Counted from the stretch's first letter, positions 17,506-28,256 are shown. The stretch: DNA of 64,000 nucleotides from an uncultured Gammaproteobacteria bacterium (GCA_964648205.1 CAZYNT010000001.1:47765-111764), one strand, 5' to 3'. Notes: generated from the letters alone by a model not told the origin. Made by a program: numbers and translations.

Positions 17506-19935
17506 CTAAGGATTAGTTGAGCTGCCTGTGTCCGGAGCAGAGCTTCCCTCTGCGGCGAGCGGCGGAATAGGCGGTTCTAGAGACGGCGTGCTTGAACCTA
17601 GAGACGAAGCTGGCGCGGAGGCGGATGTTCCGCCCTCGGAAACGCCCGCTTCGCCCGACAAAGGAGCCGGAACGGGGTTCGGAGCCGGAACGGGGTTCGG
17701 AGTAATAATATAATCGTTGCCGCCGCTTGTCAAAATCAAGCTTTTTACCGAACCAAGATCTTTCAGGCTGTTAATCTTTAAAAATTTGTTGGAAAAAGTA
17801 TAAAGATCGTCATTGATATACAAGCTGCGCTTGACTGTATTATCATAATAATTATATCCGCCCCAATAATCTGACCCGGAAAAATTCCCGCCCTCCGAAT
17901 GGTCTATTCCTCCCTTGAAAGTGAATTTATTGTTATCCGTATTGAAAACTAACGATCCGGCAAAGGAGATCCGCCCGTTCTCCCGCAGGACCGCCGGCAG
18001 CACTAATAAATTTTTCGCTTCCGAGTAAAGAAACGCCTTATGATCCTGCAAAGCAATTGAATCGCTCCCCGAATCGCCGAACATATATGAATCTAATTCT
18101 TTGGGCTTGTCCAGGTCAGTAAAATCAAACAGGGATATTTTTAAACCTTTTACCTTTACGCTGCCGCCCGCATCTTCTTCCGCGTCTCGCCCGAAGCCGA
18201 TTATTTTATTGCCATTTTTATCGGCTGGATGGAGATAATTTGAAAACCCGGGCAGCTTGATAGCGCCCAATACGCTCGGCTTAGCTGGATCGCTTAGGCT
18301 GATGGCATATAGCGGATCGGTCTTTTTGAAAGTTACCAGATAAAGCCGGTCTCCCATGAAGCGGGCCGCATAAATACGCTCCGTAGTCGCCAGATTCTCT
18401 AAACTGCCCACCACTTTCAATTCGCCATTTAAGATATATACATTACTGTAAGAATCTTCCGGCTTATCGGTCAGGCGCGACCATATAGGATTGCGGGTGG
18501 TGGCGATACGGAAATAATCGCCGTTTTCATCCATAGAAAATTGATTTAAAACCTGGCCGCTTACTTCTCCCATTCCCTTATACTCCACGCTTTTACCATT
18601 AATCGCAATCTTGTGGATGACGGTTTTCTCCATATTCTTGGCCTGCTCAATCAGCTTCTGCTTTAAAGCATCATCAAGGTTGGCTTGCAAATTTTTCTGG
18701 GCTTCTTCGCTCAAACTATTCAAATAGCGATCAATAATCGCCGCCACTTTCGCCTTCTTCTCGTTCTTAGCCAAGATGAAGTTGGCTGAAGCCTCAATCT
18801 TAGTGATTTTATCCTGATCATCGGCACTTAGCTGCGAAAAAACTATTTCCCTTTTCACGGTCTGTTCTAAATCATATTCATTAATATATTCCGTATAGGT
18901 AATATAAATATTGGACGGGGAAACGTAGAGATTCTGGCCGTAATTCATCAAATATGATTGGCCGTTAATGGCTTCGCCATTATCTTTGATGTTGATTGCG
19001 GTGACATTGGAAAAATTATACGAGTCGTATGGGATGTCAAAATAATAAACATCGGGCGCAAAGCATTTTTCAAACTGATCGCACGCATTTGATAAAACGA
19101 CCCCCTTATCCAAAACTCTGGGCAGAAGCGGCTCATTCTCAATATAATTAGCCGAGCTGTTAGTGAATAAATAAACGTAATCGCCGATTAAACGGGCGTC
19201 GGAATACGAGCCTTCAAAATCCAAATCGCGCGCTAATTTCGGGTCAGCCGGATTAGCCAAATCAAAAACCTTGAAAAAAGTATACGGATTTTGGCGGCGG
19301 AAGCTTCGATATGTCTCCATGGCGTAAATCTGCTGGTCGGCCCCGAAAACAACCAAGCTGGAGCCGCTTATAAAAATATCTTGCGGACGCGACTTGAAGG
19401 TAATCGTGCTCAAAACCGCAGACTCCGTGGCGGGGTTAACTTTTATTATCTTTAATTCATTGCGCACGAGCGCATAAATATAATTGCCGTCTGTTTTAAT
19501 AATATCAGCTTCATCAACGCCGGCGACTTGGTTGTTGGTTGTCGAATAGTCGTTTGCCGCCGATGCTTCCAAACTACCAGTTCCCGCGCTGGCGCTGCTT
19601 TCAGATATAGCGGAATCAGCCGTCGGCGCCATGGTGGATGTTAAGGCTTTAGTCGAAAAACTACCCGCTTGCTCGCGCATCACAATGTTGCCGCCGCTAC
19701 CTGAACTATTATTCTCTTCCAAAAAAGCTTTGAGTTCGTCATAATTCGCGAATTTCTTAATTTGTTTTGTGCTGGTCGCCGTTTCTTCTTCTTTAGCCTC
19801 TTCAATATTATTAGCGTCATTAACATTATTTAATGCATTATCGACCGTTTTCTTTTTCCAAGGAAGCGTGCATCCGCTTATTAAAACAGTTAAAACCGCT
19901 AGAACTAGGGTTAATTTAAATATTTTTTTTAACAT
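17506..19935 (-). CDS. beta-propeller domain lipoprotein (Beta_propel-like)
   Basis: Lipobox LISGC; YSTTNNQVAGVDEADIIKTDG, LNQFSMDE, DPLYAI, GFSNYLHP motifs; Pro/Ser tail. Confidence 0.88.
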   Translation of the reverse strand: MLKKIFKLTLVLAVLTVLISGCTLPWKKKTVDNALNNVNDANNIEEAKEEETATSTKQIKKFANYDELKAFLEENNSSGSGGNIVMREQAGSFSTKALTSTMAPTADSAISESSASAGTGSLEASAANDYSTTNNQVAGVDEADIIKTDGNYIYALVRNELKIIKVNPATESAVLSTITFKSRPQDIFISGSSLVVFGADQQIYAMETYRSFRRQNPYTFFKVFDLANPADPKLARDLDFEGSYSDARLIGDYVYLFTNSSANYIENEPLLPRVLDKGVVLSNACDQFEKCFAPDVYYFDIPYDSYNFSNVTAINIKDNGEAINGQSYLMNYGQNLYVSPSNIYITYTEYINEYDLEQTVKREIVFSQLSADDQDKITKIEASANFILAKNEKKAKVAAIIDRYLNSLSEEAQKNLQANLDDALKQKLIEQAKNMEKTVIHKIAINGKSVEYKGMGEVSGQVLNQFSMDENGDYFRIATTRNPIWSRLTDKPEDSYSNVYILNGELKVVGSLENLATTERIYAARFMGDRLYLVTFKKTDPLYAISLSDPAKPSVLGAIKLPGFSNYLHPADKNGNKIIGFGRDAEEDAGGSVKVKGLKISLFDFTDLDKPKELDSYMFGDSGSDSIALQDHKAFLYSEAKNLLVLPAVLRENGRISFAGSLVFNTDNNKFTFKGGIDHSEGGNFSGSDYWGGYNYYDNTVKRSLYINDDLYTFSNKFLKINSLKDLGSVKSLILTSGGNDYIITPNPVPAPNPVPAPLSGEAGVSEGGTSASAPASSLGSSTPSLEPPIPPLAAEGSSAPDTGSSTNP
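17663..17698. repeat. 2 x 18-bp tandem repeat encoding PNPVPA
   Basis: GGAGCCGGAACGGGGTTC twice in tandem. Confidence 0.9.
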
Positions 19936-20029
19936 AAATAAAAAATATTAGCGCTAATATGGCTTAAGTAAATTATATCATCTTAGAGCAGGAAAAACAA
20001 CGCAAAAATTTTAACGGCTGGAGAGTTAA

Positions 20030-20728
20030 TTATTTTATTTCCACTTCTAACCCCACCGCTACGCGATCATAAATATATTGGGCCGGACCGATGCCTAAAC
20101 GGATACATCCGTGAGAAACCGGTTTTCCGAGATGGTCTGCGCCTTCGCGATAACCGCTGGGCCAAACCGGCAGTTCATGAATACCGAACTGGCCGCTACC
20201 CAAGCCAAGCCAAAAAGGCATCCATAACTTATAAGTTTTCGACCACGCTTTGGGAACTTTATTGACTATCTTAAACTTACCCTTTGGAGTCGGCATAGCC
20301 GGCTTTCCCGTAGATACAGGGGATTCTTTCCAGAGATTACCGGCGACATAATATTTTAATTTCTGATTTTTCAAATCAATTTCTAATTTTTGTGCTAACT
20401 TTTTAGTGGAACTCGACAGCGGATCATAAGCCCAATCAACTTCCAGACCGTCTTGCCATCCATCGCCATCCGAATCCGGGTTCAAAGGGTCGGTCTTAAA
20501 TTTTAATTCAAAATAATCGCTTAAGCCGTCCTTATCAACATCGCTCTTTGCCAATCTTATCTTCTCTGGATTGAAAGGAGAATAGCCGTTGCTTATTTCT
20601 TGAGTATTGTTATAGCCATCATTATCGGAATCAAGCGCTTCTTCGGCTCTAATCGGCGCGGCCATAAAAAAATAAATGAATAAAAGCAAAACCCCGTAAA
20701 TAATTGGTCCCTGTCTTTTGAGTCTCAT
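20030..20728 (-). CDS. L,D-transpeptidase (YkuD) with DxDxDG calcium-binding repeats
   Basis: VSTGK..PTPKG, GIHELP, SHGCIRL; three DSDxDG-type repeats; signal peptide. Confidence 0.92.
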   Translation of the reverse strand: MRLKRQGPIIYGVLLLFIYFFMAAPIRAEEALDSDNDGYNNTQEISNGYSPFNPEKIRLAKSDVDKDGLSDYFELKFKTDPLNPDSDGDGWQDGLEVDWAYDPLSSSTKKLAQKLEIDLKNQKLKYYVAGNLWKESPVSTGKPAMPTPKGKFKIVNKVPKAWSKTYKLWMPFWLGLGSGQFGIHELPVWPSGYREGADHLGKPVSHGCIRLGIGPAQYIYDRVAVGLEVEIK

Positions 20729-22305
20729 ACTGATTTTCTTAATGAAAATTCACAGCCGCAAAACTTCTGTTGATAAATGCCCAGCTCCCTGGCCAAGTTC
20801 TGCGACTGGCGGTAACCATTATCTTTTTGAAAATCATCGTCCAAAAATTTTAAACCATTCGCGCCAGCCAGCTCATGGCCGATTCTTTTTATCGCCTCCG
20901 TATCCTTATAGGGGCTGACGAGCAGGCTGGTGCTGAAATAATCAAACTTGTTTAAGCGCGCCAACTCGGCCGTCTTGGCTAATCGGCCGCGATAGCAAAT
21001 CTGGCAGCGCGCCCCGCGCTCCGGAGATTCCTCATTCCCCTTGACTGTTTCCAGCCAAACCGCATGTTCATAGGGCTCAATCAGCAAGGGTATATTGAAT
21101 TTACGGGCGACTAATCTAACTGCCTCCAGCCGAAGATTATATTCGGCCAGCGAGCTTAAGTTGGAGTTATAAAAATACCAAGTCAGCTTATATTTAGGAA
21201 GCAGGCGCTCGCGGCTGATATACGCGCTGCAAGGCGCGCAGCAAACATGGAGAAGCAGAGATGGTTTTCTGTTTCGGCGATCCAAGAGCCAGAAAACGAT
21301 AACAATAATGAACATGACAGCCAGAAGCCCGATTAAGGCGAAAAATTTTCCTCGACTTTGCAAAAATAAGCCGCTTAAACCAAAAGCTAAAGAAAGGCTA
21401 TAAAAAATAAAAACCGTTTTCTTTTGTCCAAGCCCCAGCGCTAAGAGGCGGTGATGAAGATGCTTTCTGTCGGCGAACCGAAAAGGATTTTTCCCTTGAA
21501 AAAGGCGACGCAAAATTGTCCAGGCAACATCTAAAATCGGTATACCCATAATAAGCAGGGCAATGGCAATCTTACCACCGGAGATAATTGCCAGCACTCC
21601 TAATATATAGCCCAAGAGAAGAGCCCCCCCCTCGCCTAAGAATATTTTTGCCGGATGCCAATTAAAAATCAAAAAGCCTATTGCCGATCCGACCAAAGTA
21701 ATGGCGGCGAAAGCAATATCTGGCTGATAATAGCGGGTCGTCAAAGTAAACAAAAAAATCACCAAGCCGCCGATAGCGGCGACCCCTGAAACCAAGCCGT
21801 CGACGCCGTCAAGAAGCTTGGTTGTATACATCATGCCTAAAAGCCAGGCGGCAATCAGTATGGGGCCGACGACAATCAGCGACTTTAAATAAACATAACC
21901 CCCAAAAGGGTTGGTTATCTTTTCAATTTCCACCCCTCCTAAAATTAAAATCAAGACGGCTAATAAAGGAAAAATAATCTGCCGGCTGGGCCGCAAATTA
22001 TATTTATCATCAAGCGCGCCGCCGATAATAATAACCAAGGCGCCGACAAAAAAGGCGATTAAATGCGACCAATGCAGATTGCCGGACAAGAAGCGGGAGG
22101 CGAAAGCGAACAATAGAATAAAATAAGCAATAAAAATAGCGACGCCGCCCAAAAGCGGAGTCGCGGTCGTATGTATCTTTCGGCTCGCGCCGCCAGCTGT
22201 GTCCGGACGATCAACAATGTCTAGCTTCAAAGCAACTCTCTTCACTAAAAAAGTGAGGACGGCCGCTAAAATTAAACTAGCCAAGAAAATAAGAAAGTAA
22301 AACAT
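20725..22305 (-). CDS. WecA/TagO-like glycosyltransferase family 4 fused to epoxyqueuosine reductase QueH
   Basis: N-terminal PLLGG, DDKY, DGVDGL, FNWHPAKIFLG, HLHHRL; C-terminal LLHVCCAPCS, ERGARCQICY, SLLVSPYKD, QKFCGCEFS in one frame. Confidence 0.9.
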   Translation of the reverse strand: MFYFLIFLASLILAAVLTFLVKRVALKLDIVDRPDTAGGASRKIHTTATPLLGGVAIFIAYFILLFAFASRFLSGNLHWSHLIAFFVGALVIIIGGALDDKYNLRPSRQIIFPLLAVLILILGGVEIEKITNPFGGYVYLKSLIVVGPILIAAWLLGMMYTTKLLDGVDGLVSGVAAIGGLVIFLFTLTTRYYQPDIAFAAITLVGSAIGFLIFNWHPAKIFLGEGGALLLGYILGVLAIISGGKIAIALLIMGIPILDVAWTILRRLFQGKNPFRFADRKHLHHRLLALGLGQKKTVFIFYSLSLAFGLSGLFLQSRGKFFALIGLLAVMFIIVIVFWLLDRRNRKPSLLLHVCCAPCSAYISRERLLPKYKLTWYFYNSNLSSLAEYNLRLEAVRLVARKFNIPLLIEPYEHAVWLETVKGNEESPERGARCQICYRGRLAKTAELARLNKFDYFSTSLLVSPYKDTEAIKRIGHELAGANGLKFLDDDFQKDNGYRQSQNLARELGIYQQKFCGCEFSLRKSV

Positions 22306-22322
22306 AATTTATTATTCCATTT

Positions 22323-25019
22323 TTATAACTCAGCGGCCTTTTCAATTTCAATTTCCGCCCGCGAATTGATAATTACCGTATCCCGCCGCTTGAGTTCGCC
22401 GCTTAATATTTTGTTGGCGATGCTATCTTCAACTTTGTCTTGGAGCAAGCGCCGGAGCGGCCGGGCGCCGAATTTCGGATCGTAGCCCTCATGCGCGAGT
22501 ATGGCCGCACCGTCCTTATCCGCCTTAAGATTTATCCCTTTATCGCTTAAACCTTTTTTAATCTTCTTGAGCATCAACGTAGCAATCGCCAAAACATCCT
22601 TCTCGCTGAGCGGCTTGAAGACGATAATCCCGTCAAAACGATTAATGAGCTCGGGGCGCATATATTTATTCAATTGGTTGTCGATAAGCTCTTGCTTGAT
22701 AATATTAATATTTGCTTTAGCGCGAATCTGCTCCTGGATGTAAAGAGCGCCGATATTGGAGGTCGCGATAATGATCGATTCCGTGAAACTAATAGTTCTT
22801 CCCTGGCCGTCGGTTAAGCGGCCATCATCTAACAGCTGCAAAAACAGATTTAAAATATCAGGATGCGCCTTTTCGATTTCATCTAAAAGAATTAAGGAAA
22901 ACGGTTTTTTGCGGACGGCCTCGGTTAAATACCCCAAAGCGCCGTCGACGTCTCCAATCATTTTTCGGACGCTGTCCGGATACTGGTATTCGCTCATATC
23001 AACCCGAATCAAGTAATCTTCATCGCCGAAATAAACCTGACTGACCGCTTTAGCAAGCTCTGTTTTACCGACGCCGGTCGGACCGAGAAAAAGGAAGCTG
23101 GCAATCGGGCGTTTCCCTTCCTTGAGCTGAGCGCGGGCGCGGCGCAAGCTGGAGGCGACCGCCTTGACCGCCTCCTCTTGATCTACCAAGCGCTTATGAA
23201 TTTCTACCTCTAAATTTAATAACTTCTGGCTCTCGTCAACCGTAACTTTATTGGCGGGAATCCCGGTAATTTCACCAATAGCCGCCGCCACCTCTTCGCT
23301 GCCGCAAAAACATTTCGTCGGATCGTTTTGAAAATTTTTCGCTGCAATAAGCGCCGCTTTCTCGAGCAGATTAATCGCTTTAAGCGGCAAGAATTTATCA
23401 TGCAGATAGCGTTCAGACATTTTTACCGCCTGTTCTAAAGCGCCGTAAACAATATAGACGTCATACTTGGATTCTAAGAAACCGACCTTACTCTCAAGAA
23501 TCTGAATTGCTTCATTGAATTCTGGTTCTTTTATGCCGACGGTTGTTAAAACCGTGCCAAGCGATTTATTCTCTATATACTTAGAATAATTTTCCGTGGT
23601 CGCCGAAGCTAAGCACATTAAATGTTTGCGGCTTAGCGCCTCGGCCAAAACTTCCGATAAATCCAAGCTTTCTTGGCTGCCGGCGCTTATTCCAATCAAA
23701 TTTTCAATATTATCAATATATAAGATAATATTGCCGGAATGGTTGATTTCGCTGATTGCGGTCAATAGGCGTTCTTCCGCTTGAGCTGCATCAGCGCCGC
23801 TTACAAGGCGCGAAACATCAAGCTCGACTAAGCGCTTGTCCTTCAAAAAAGCGGGGACTCGTTCTTCAACCATCAGCTGTGCTAATCCGGTAATAATTGT
23901 GCTCTTGCCGACGCCGCTGGGGCCGACCAAAAGAACGCCGCTATGACCGCCGATGAAAGACTCGAAAATAGAATTGATTTCTTTCTGCCGGCCGACGCAG
24001 ATGTCGTTAGCTCCATATTTTGATTGGATGGTAACGTCGTGGGAAAAATGATCAAGGGTCGGCGTGGCAATGGCCGTATACGCGCGGTTCATGCCCGTAC
24101 CAGGCTTAAGAAGCGCTAATTTACGATATGATTTATAACTTGCCAGCATGCGGCGATTGACTCTGAACCATTCAACCGTGTTGACGATTTTATTATTATC
24201 AATCTCTAAATCATATAGAATTTCGGCCAAACGCGGATCTTTCTGATAGCAGAAGGAAATAAGGTTTAAAACGTCGACGCTATCTTGATTCAAATTATAA
24301 GCCTCGACAAAGGCCAATATTAAAACTTCTTCCAGATTTGGAGCCAATTTGCTTCGTCCGGAAAAACCATTATCTTGCGATTTAATTAAACGGCGATCGA
24401 CGAGTTCGACTAATTTTTTAGCATCAACATTAAGGCGGATGAAAAGGGTTTGTATCTCTTTAACTTTAAGCAATACACGAAAAAGATGGATAATGGTCAC
24501 TTCTGTTTGGCGCAACTTATTGGCCAAAAGATAAGCATCTTCCAGTGCTTTGCTCGCGACCGTGTTGTAGGCCTTAGAAACGTTATATTTTTTTGGCTTT
24601 TCTCTCTTCCTGACTTTGTCGGAAGTAAAATTCCGATAATCGATCTTTTTAAGAGCCGCGCGCGCCTCGCTCTTCTTATAAAACAGAAACAAATCAAACC
24701 ATAAAGAAAGCACAAAAACTAAAATGAGTGGATGACTCTTATTCCAGAAGACTAAAAAGCGCAAAGGATGAGCAGACAATGTTCCCCAATTATAGAAAAC
24801 CCATAAGCCGAAAGCGAGCCAACCGGCAAAAATAATGAGCCAGGTTAAAAATTCAAAAATTCTTTCCGTATTTTCTTTAGTGCGCTCAATCGCAATCACT
24901 GACTTTTTTAAAACCTTATCCCAATATAAAAATCTTCCCAGAAACCAAGCGCCAGGACGGGCGCTGCTTGAATCGGGGCTAAAGACAATTTCTTCAGGAT
25001 TTGTTTTTTCAATTACCAT
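22323..25019 (-). CDS. membrane-anchored Clp/Hsp100 ATPase
   Basis: Two N-terminal TMs, Clp_N-like repeats, GPSGVGKS and GPTGVGKT Walker A motifs; start placed at MVIEK, 9 nt after the upstream stop. Confidence 0.9.
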   Translation of the reverse strand: MVIEKTNPEEIVFSPDSSSARPGAWFLGRFLYWDKVLKKSVIAIERTKENTERIFEFLTWLIIFAGWLAFGLWVFYNWGTLSAHPLRFLVFWNKSHPLILVFVLSLWFDLFLFYKKSEARAALKKIDYRNFTSDKVRKREKPKKYNVSKAYNTVASKALEDAYLLANKLRQTEVTIIHLFRVLLKVKEIQTLFIRLNVDAKKLVELVDRRLIKSQDNGFSGRSKLAPNLEEVLILAFVEAYNLNQDSVDVLNLISFCYQKDPRLAEILYDLEIDNNKIVNTVEWFRVNRRMLASYKSYRKLALLKPGTGMNRAYTAIATPTLDHFSHDVTIQSKYGANDICVGRQKEINSIFESFIGGHSGVLLVGPSGVGKSTIITGLAQLMVEERVPAFLKDKRLVELDVSRLVSGADAAQAEERLLTAISEINHSGNIILYIDNIENLIGISAGSQESLDLSEVLAEALSRKHLMCLASATTENYSKYIENKSLGTVLTTVGIKEPEFNEAIQILESKVGFLESKYDVYIVYGALEQAVKMSERYLHDKFLPLKAINLLEKAALIAAKNFQNDPTKCFCGSEEVAAAIGEITGIPANKVTVDESQKLLNLEVEIHKRLVDQEEAVKAVASSLRRARAQLKEGKRPIASFLFLGPTGVGKTELAKAVSQVYFGDEDYLIRVDMSEYQYPDSVRKMIGDVDGALGYLTEAVRKKPFSLILLDEIEKAHPDILNLFLQLLDDGRLTDGQGRTISFTESIIIATSNIGALYIQEQIRAKANINIIKQELIDNQLNKYMRPELINRFDGIIVFKPLSEKDVLAIATLMLKKIKKGLSDKGINLKADKDGAAILAHEGYDPKFGARPLRRLLQDKVEDSIANKILSGELKRRDTVIINSRAEIEIEKAAEL

Positions 25020-25027
25020 ATTATTGA

Positions 25028-25396
25028 TTATTTCAGTACTTGAAAAATAAAAGCGAAAATTAATAAAGGAGGCAAAGCCAGCCAAAAGATTATAACTATC
25101 AGGCAAACTGCCAGCCAAATAAGTAGCGCGAAGCCGCGAAAGATTACTTGCACCAGACGCACCAAGAAGCTTATCAGGCGACCGGCCCAATCCGACTGCC
25201 CGTACATAGGCACAAAAATATTTTTCGCCCAGACGGAGAACCCTAATGATTTTTCTTGATCGCGCCAAAAATTCCAAACATTTCTGACAAGGCGGCCGAA
25301 CCCGACGCTATACCACCAGAGAGGAAAATAAACCACTTCTAAAAGCAAGGAAACGATTATTTTTCCGCTATATGTAAGGAAATTGTGTTTAAACAT
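25028..25396 (-). CDS. small membrane protein
   Basis: YFPLWWYSVG, NIFVPMYGQ.D..GRLISF pattern; hydrophobic C-terminus. Confidence 0.8.
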   Translation of the reverse strand: MFKHNFLTYSGKIIVSLLLEVVYFPLWWYSVGFGRLVRNVWNFWRDQEKSLGFSVWAKNIFVPMYGQSDWAGRLISFLVRLVQVIFRGFALLIWLAVCLIVIIFWLALPPLLIFAFIFQVLK

Positions 25397-25524
25397 ATTT
25401 ATTTTATTTTGTTCAATCTTTCAATCTAATTGTTTATATTTTATCATAAAACAAAAAAAATCACTAATGAATTAACGGCGCCAAATTAAAAAAGATCTAA
25501 CTTTTATTAATATTTAATCGTAAT

Positions 25525-25553
25525 TTGACAAGCTGCCTGCTCTAGCTTATTAT
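25525..25553 (+). promoter_or_regulatory. sigma70 promoter of clpB
   Basis: TTGACA (25525) - 17 nt - TATTAT (25548). Confidence 0.7.
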
Positions 25554-25558
25554 TATAA

Positions 25559-25585
25559 TTAGCAGTCTTAAACTAGGAGTGCTAA
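25559..25585 (+). promoter_or_regulatory. CIRCE operator (HrcA site)
   Basis: TTAGCAGTC-N9-GAGTGCTAA, one mismatch to TTAGCACTC-N9-GAGTGCTAA. Confidence 0.9.
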
Positions 25586-25602
25586 AAATAATTATAAAAA
25601 AT

Positions 25603-28239
25603 ATGTTCAACAAATTTACTGATAAATCGCAAGAAGCTATCATTAATGCCCAAATAATCGCCTCTTCTTACGGCCAATCTAATATTGAGGCTCTCCATAT
25701 TTTACTCTCTCTGCTCCAGCAAAACGAAAGTTTGATTAAGCCGATACTCGAAAAAATGAAAATTGATCCGGAAATGATTGAAGATCTCACGATTAAGGAG
25801 CTGCAAAAGTTGCCACGCTTGAAAATCAACCCGACGAACGGCCCGGTTCAGGCTGTTTCGGGCACAGCTGAAACGGCCATTATTTTAGAGCGCGCGCAGA
25901 AAGAAGCGGATGGCATGAATGATGAATTTATTTCGACCGAACATATCCTGCTGGCTCTAATCGGCGTCCCTTCCCCGGCCCAAGCCGTTCTTCTCAGTTT
26001 TAAAGTAGAATATAAAAATATTAAAGAAATTTTAAAAGAGTTGCGCGGCGCGCAAACCATAAACGATCCTTACCCCGAAAACAAATACAAGGTCTTGGAA
26101 AAATATACGACCAATCTGACCGAACTGGCCCGCCAAGAGAAACTCGATCCGGTTATTGGCCGCGACTTGGAAATCCGCCGCATCATGCAGGTGCTTCTGC
26201 GCCGCACTAAAAATAATCCTGTCCTAATCGGTGAAGCCGGAACCGGCAAAACCGCCATCGTTGAGGGTCTAGCGCAAAGAATTATCGCCGGCGATGTACC
26301 GGAAAACCTGAAGAATAAGGAAGTCGTGACACTTGATTTGGGCGCTTTAGTAGCCGGGGCAAAATTCCGCGGCGAATTTGAAGACCGCCTTAAAGCCGTT
26401 CTTAAAGAAGTGAAATCGCAAAACGGACGAATCATTTTATTCATCGACGAGCTCCATACTTTAATCGGCGCGGGCGCTTCCGAAGGCTCGATGGACGCTT
26501 CAAATATGCTAAAACCGGCGTTAGCCCGCGGCGAACTGCGCACTATCGGCGCGACAACCACAAAAGAGTACCAAAAATATATTGAACGTGATGCCGCCTT
26601 GGAGAGACGTTTCCAGCCGATTATGGTTAACGAACCGAGCGTTGAAGATACTATCTCAATGCTCCGCGGACTTAAAGAAAAATATGAAGTCCATCATGGC
26701 GTCCGCATTACCGATAACGCGGTCATTGCCGCCGCTAAATTATCCAACCGCTATATCAGCGACCGTTTTTTGCCCGACAAGGCGGTGGACTTGATCGATG
26801 AAGCGACTTCATCGCTCCGTATGGAAATAGATTCGATGCCCGACGAGCTCGACCAGTTAAAACGCAAGATGAACCAGCTTGAATTAAACAAAGCCGGCAT
26901 CATGACAACTGATAAAAAATCCTCCCGGCTTAAAGCCGTCAACCAAGAGCTCGCGAGAATAAAAGAGAGGGCCAACCAGCTGGAACTGCACTGGAATAAT
27001 GAAAAAAATATCATTTCTCAAATCCGCAATTCAAAAAAAGAGATTGAAGATTTAAAAATCCGCGCCGAAATTACTCAGCGCCAAGGCGCCGATCTGACCG
27101 AAGTCGCGAAAATCAAATATGGCTTGATCCCGGAATTAGAAAATAAAATTAAGAAGCTCCAGGATGAATTGATAAAAATCCAAAAAAAAGGACAGCGTAT
27201 TCTAAAAGAAGAAGTTGACGAAGAAGATATTGCTAAAGTTATCGCCCGCTGGACCGGCATTCCGGTAAACCGGATGCTCCAAGATGAAATAACAAAACTG
27301 AGCGAAGCGGAAAATAAGCTGGGCGAAGAGGTGGTCGGGCAAGAAGAAGCAATCAAGGCCGTAGCTAATGCTCTACGCCGCAGCCGCGCCGGCATTAATG
27401 AAGAAAAAAAACCGATCGGATCATTTTTATTTGTCGGACCGACCGGCGTCGGAAAAACTGAACTCGCCAAGGCCCTGGCCACTTTTATGTTCGACGATGA
27501 AAAAGCTCTTATCCGCTTGGACATGAGTGAATTTATGGAGAAGCATTCGGTCGCCAAGCTGATCGGTTCTCCCCCCGGCTATGTCGGACATGACGACGGC
27601 GGCCAATTAACCGATAAGGTGCGGCGGCACCCCTATAGCGTCGTCCTCTTTGACGAAATCGAAAAGGCAAATCCTGATATGTTCAATGTGCTCCTCCAAA
27701 TTCTTGACGATGGACGGCTGACCGATTCTAAAGGACGAACCGTTAATTTTAAAAATACGATTATTATCATGACTTCTAATCTCGGCAATGAAGTTATTAA
27801 ACAGTATTCCATCGGCTTCGCCGATGAGAGCGACAAACAGGCGGCGGCGAAAATGCGCACCGGTGAGATGAAAGAAAAAATCGATAAAATTTTAAAAAAT
27901 CATTTCAAATTAGAATTCCTCAACCGAATCGATGAAATCGTCCTCTTTAGAAGCTTGTCGGGGGCGGCGCTGGAAAAAATTGTCGATCTTGAATTGTTAA
28001 AAGTAGAAAAACGCCTTCATAATAAAAATATCGCGCTCCGCATCAGTCCCAAAGTAAAAAAACTGCTTGCCGAAAAGGGCTATGATATTACTTATGGCGC
28101 CCGCCCCTTGAAGCGCATCATCCAAACCATGATTCTTGATGAACTCGCTTTAGAGATTATAGAAGGCAAAGTTAAAGAGGGCGATAAAGTAAGAATTGAA
28201 CTAGAAGACAAAGAAAAAGTTCTCATCCGTGTTAATTAA
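25603..28239 (+). CDS. clpB: ClpB-type Hsp100 chaperone
   Basis: Two intact AAA+ modules, long coiled-coil M-domain, GYVG pore loop; start MFNKFT. Confidence 0.95.
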   Translation: MFNKFTDKSQEAIINAQIIASSYGQSNIEALHILLSLLQQNESLIKPILEKMKIDPEMIEDLTIKELQKLPRLKINPTNGPVQAVSGTAETAIILERAQKEADGMNDEFISTEHILLALIGVPSPAQAVLLSFKVEYKNIKEILKELRGAQTINDPYPENKYKVLEKYTTNLTELARQEKLDPVIGRDLEIRRIMQVLLRRTKNNPVLIGEAGTGKTAIVEGLAQRIIAGDVPENLKNKEVVTLDLGALVAGAKFRGEFEDRLKAVLKEVKSQNGRIILFIDELHTLIGAGASEGSMDASNMLKPALARGELRTIGATTTKEYQKYIERDAALERRFQPIMVNEPSVEDTISMLRGLKEKYEVHHGVRITDNAVIAAAKLSNRYISDRFLPDKAVDLIDEATSSLRMEIDSMPDELDQLKRKMNQLELNKAGIMTTDKKSSRLKAVNQELARIKERANQLELHWNNEKNIISQIRNSKKEIEDLKIRAEITQRQGADLTEVAKIKYGLIPELENKIKKLQDELIKIQKKGQRILKEEVDEEDIAKVIARWTGIPVNRMLQDEITKLSEAENKLGEEVVGQEEAIKAVANALRRSRAGINEEKKPIGSFLFVGPTGVGKTELAKALATFMFDDEKALIRLDMSEFMEKHSVAKLIGSPPGYVGHDDGGQLTDKVRRHPYSVVLFDEIEKANPDMFNVLLQILDDGRLTDSKGRTVNFKNTIIIMTSNLGNEVIKQYSIGFADESDKQAAAKMRTGEMKEKIDKILKNHFKLEFLNRIDEIVLFRSLSGAALEKIVDLELLKVEKRLHNKNIALRISPKVKKLLAEKGYDITYGARPLKRIIQTMILDELALEIIEGKVKEGDKVRIELEDKEKVLIRVN

Positions 28240-28256
28240 ACCGACTTGAACTAATG

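Noticed and set aside
25020-25277. N-terminal extension of the 984-aa Clp ORF
   Set aside because: It overlaps the 122-aa membrane gene in another frame; ATG 25019 gives normal operon spacing
26070-27860. Several long antisense ORFs in clpB (similar ones in gyrB, murA, dnaB)
   Set aside because: Typical reverse-frame shadows with no motifs
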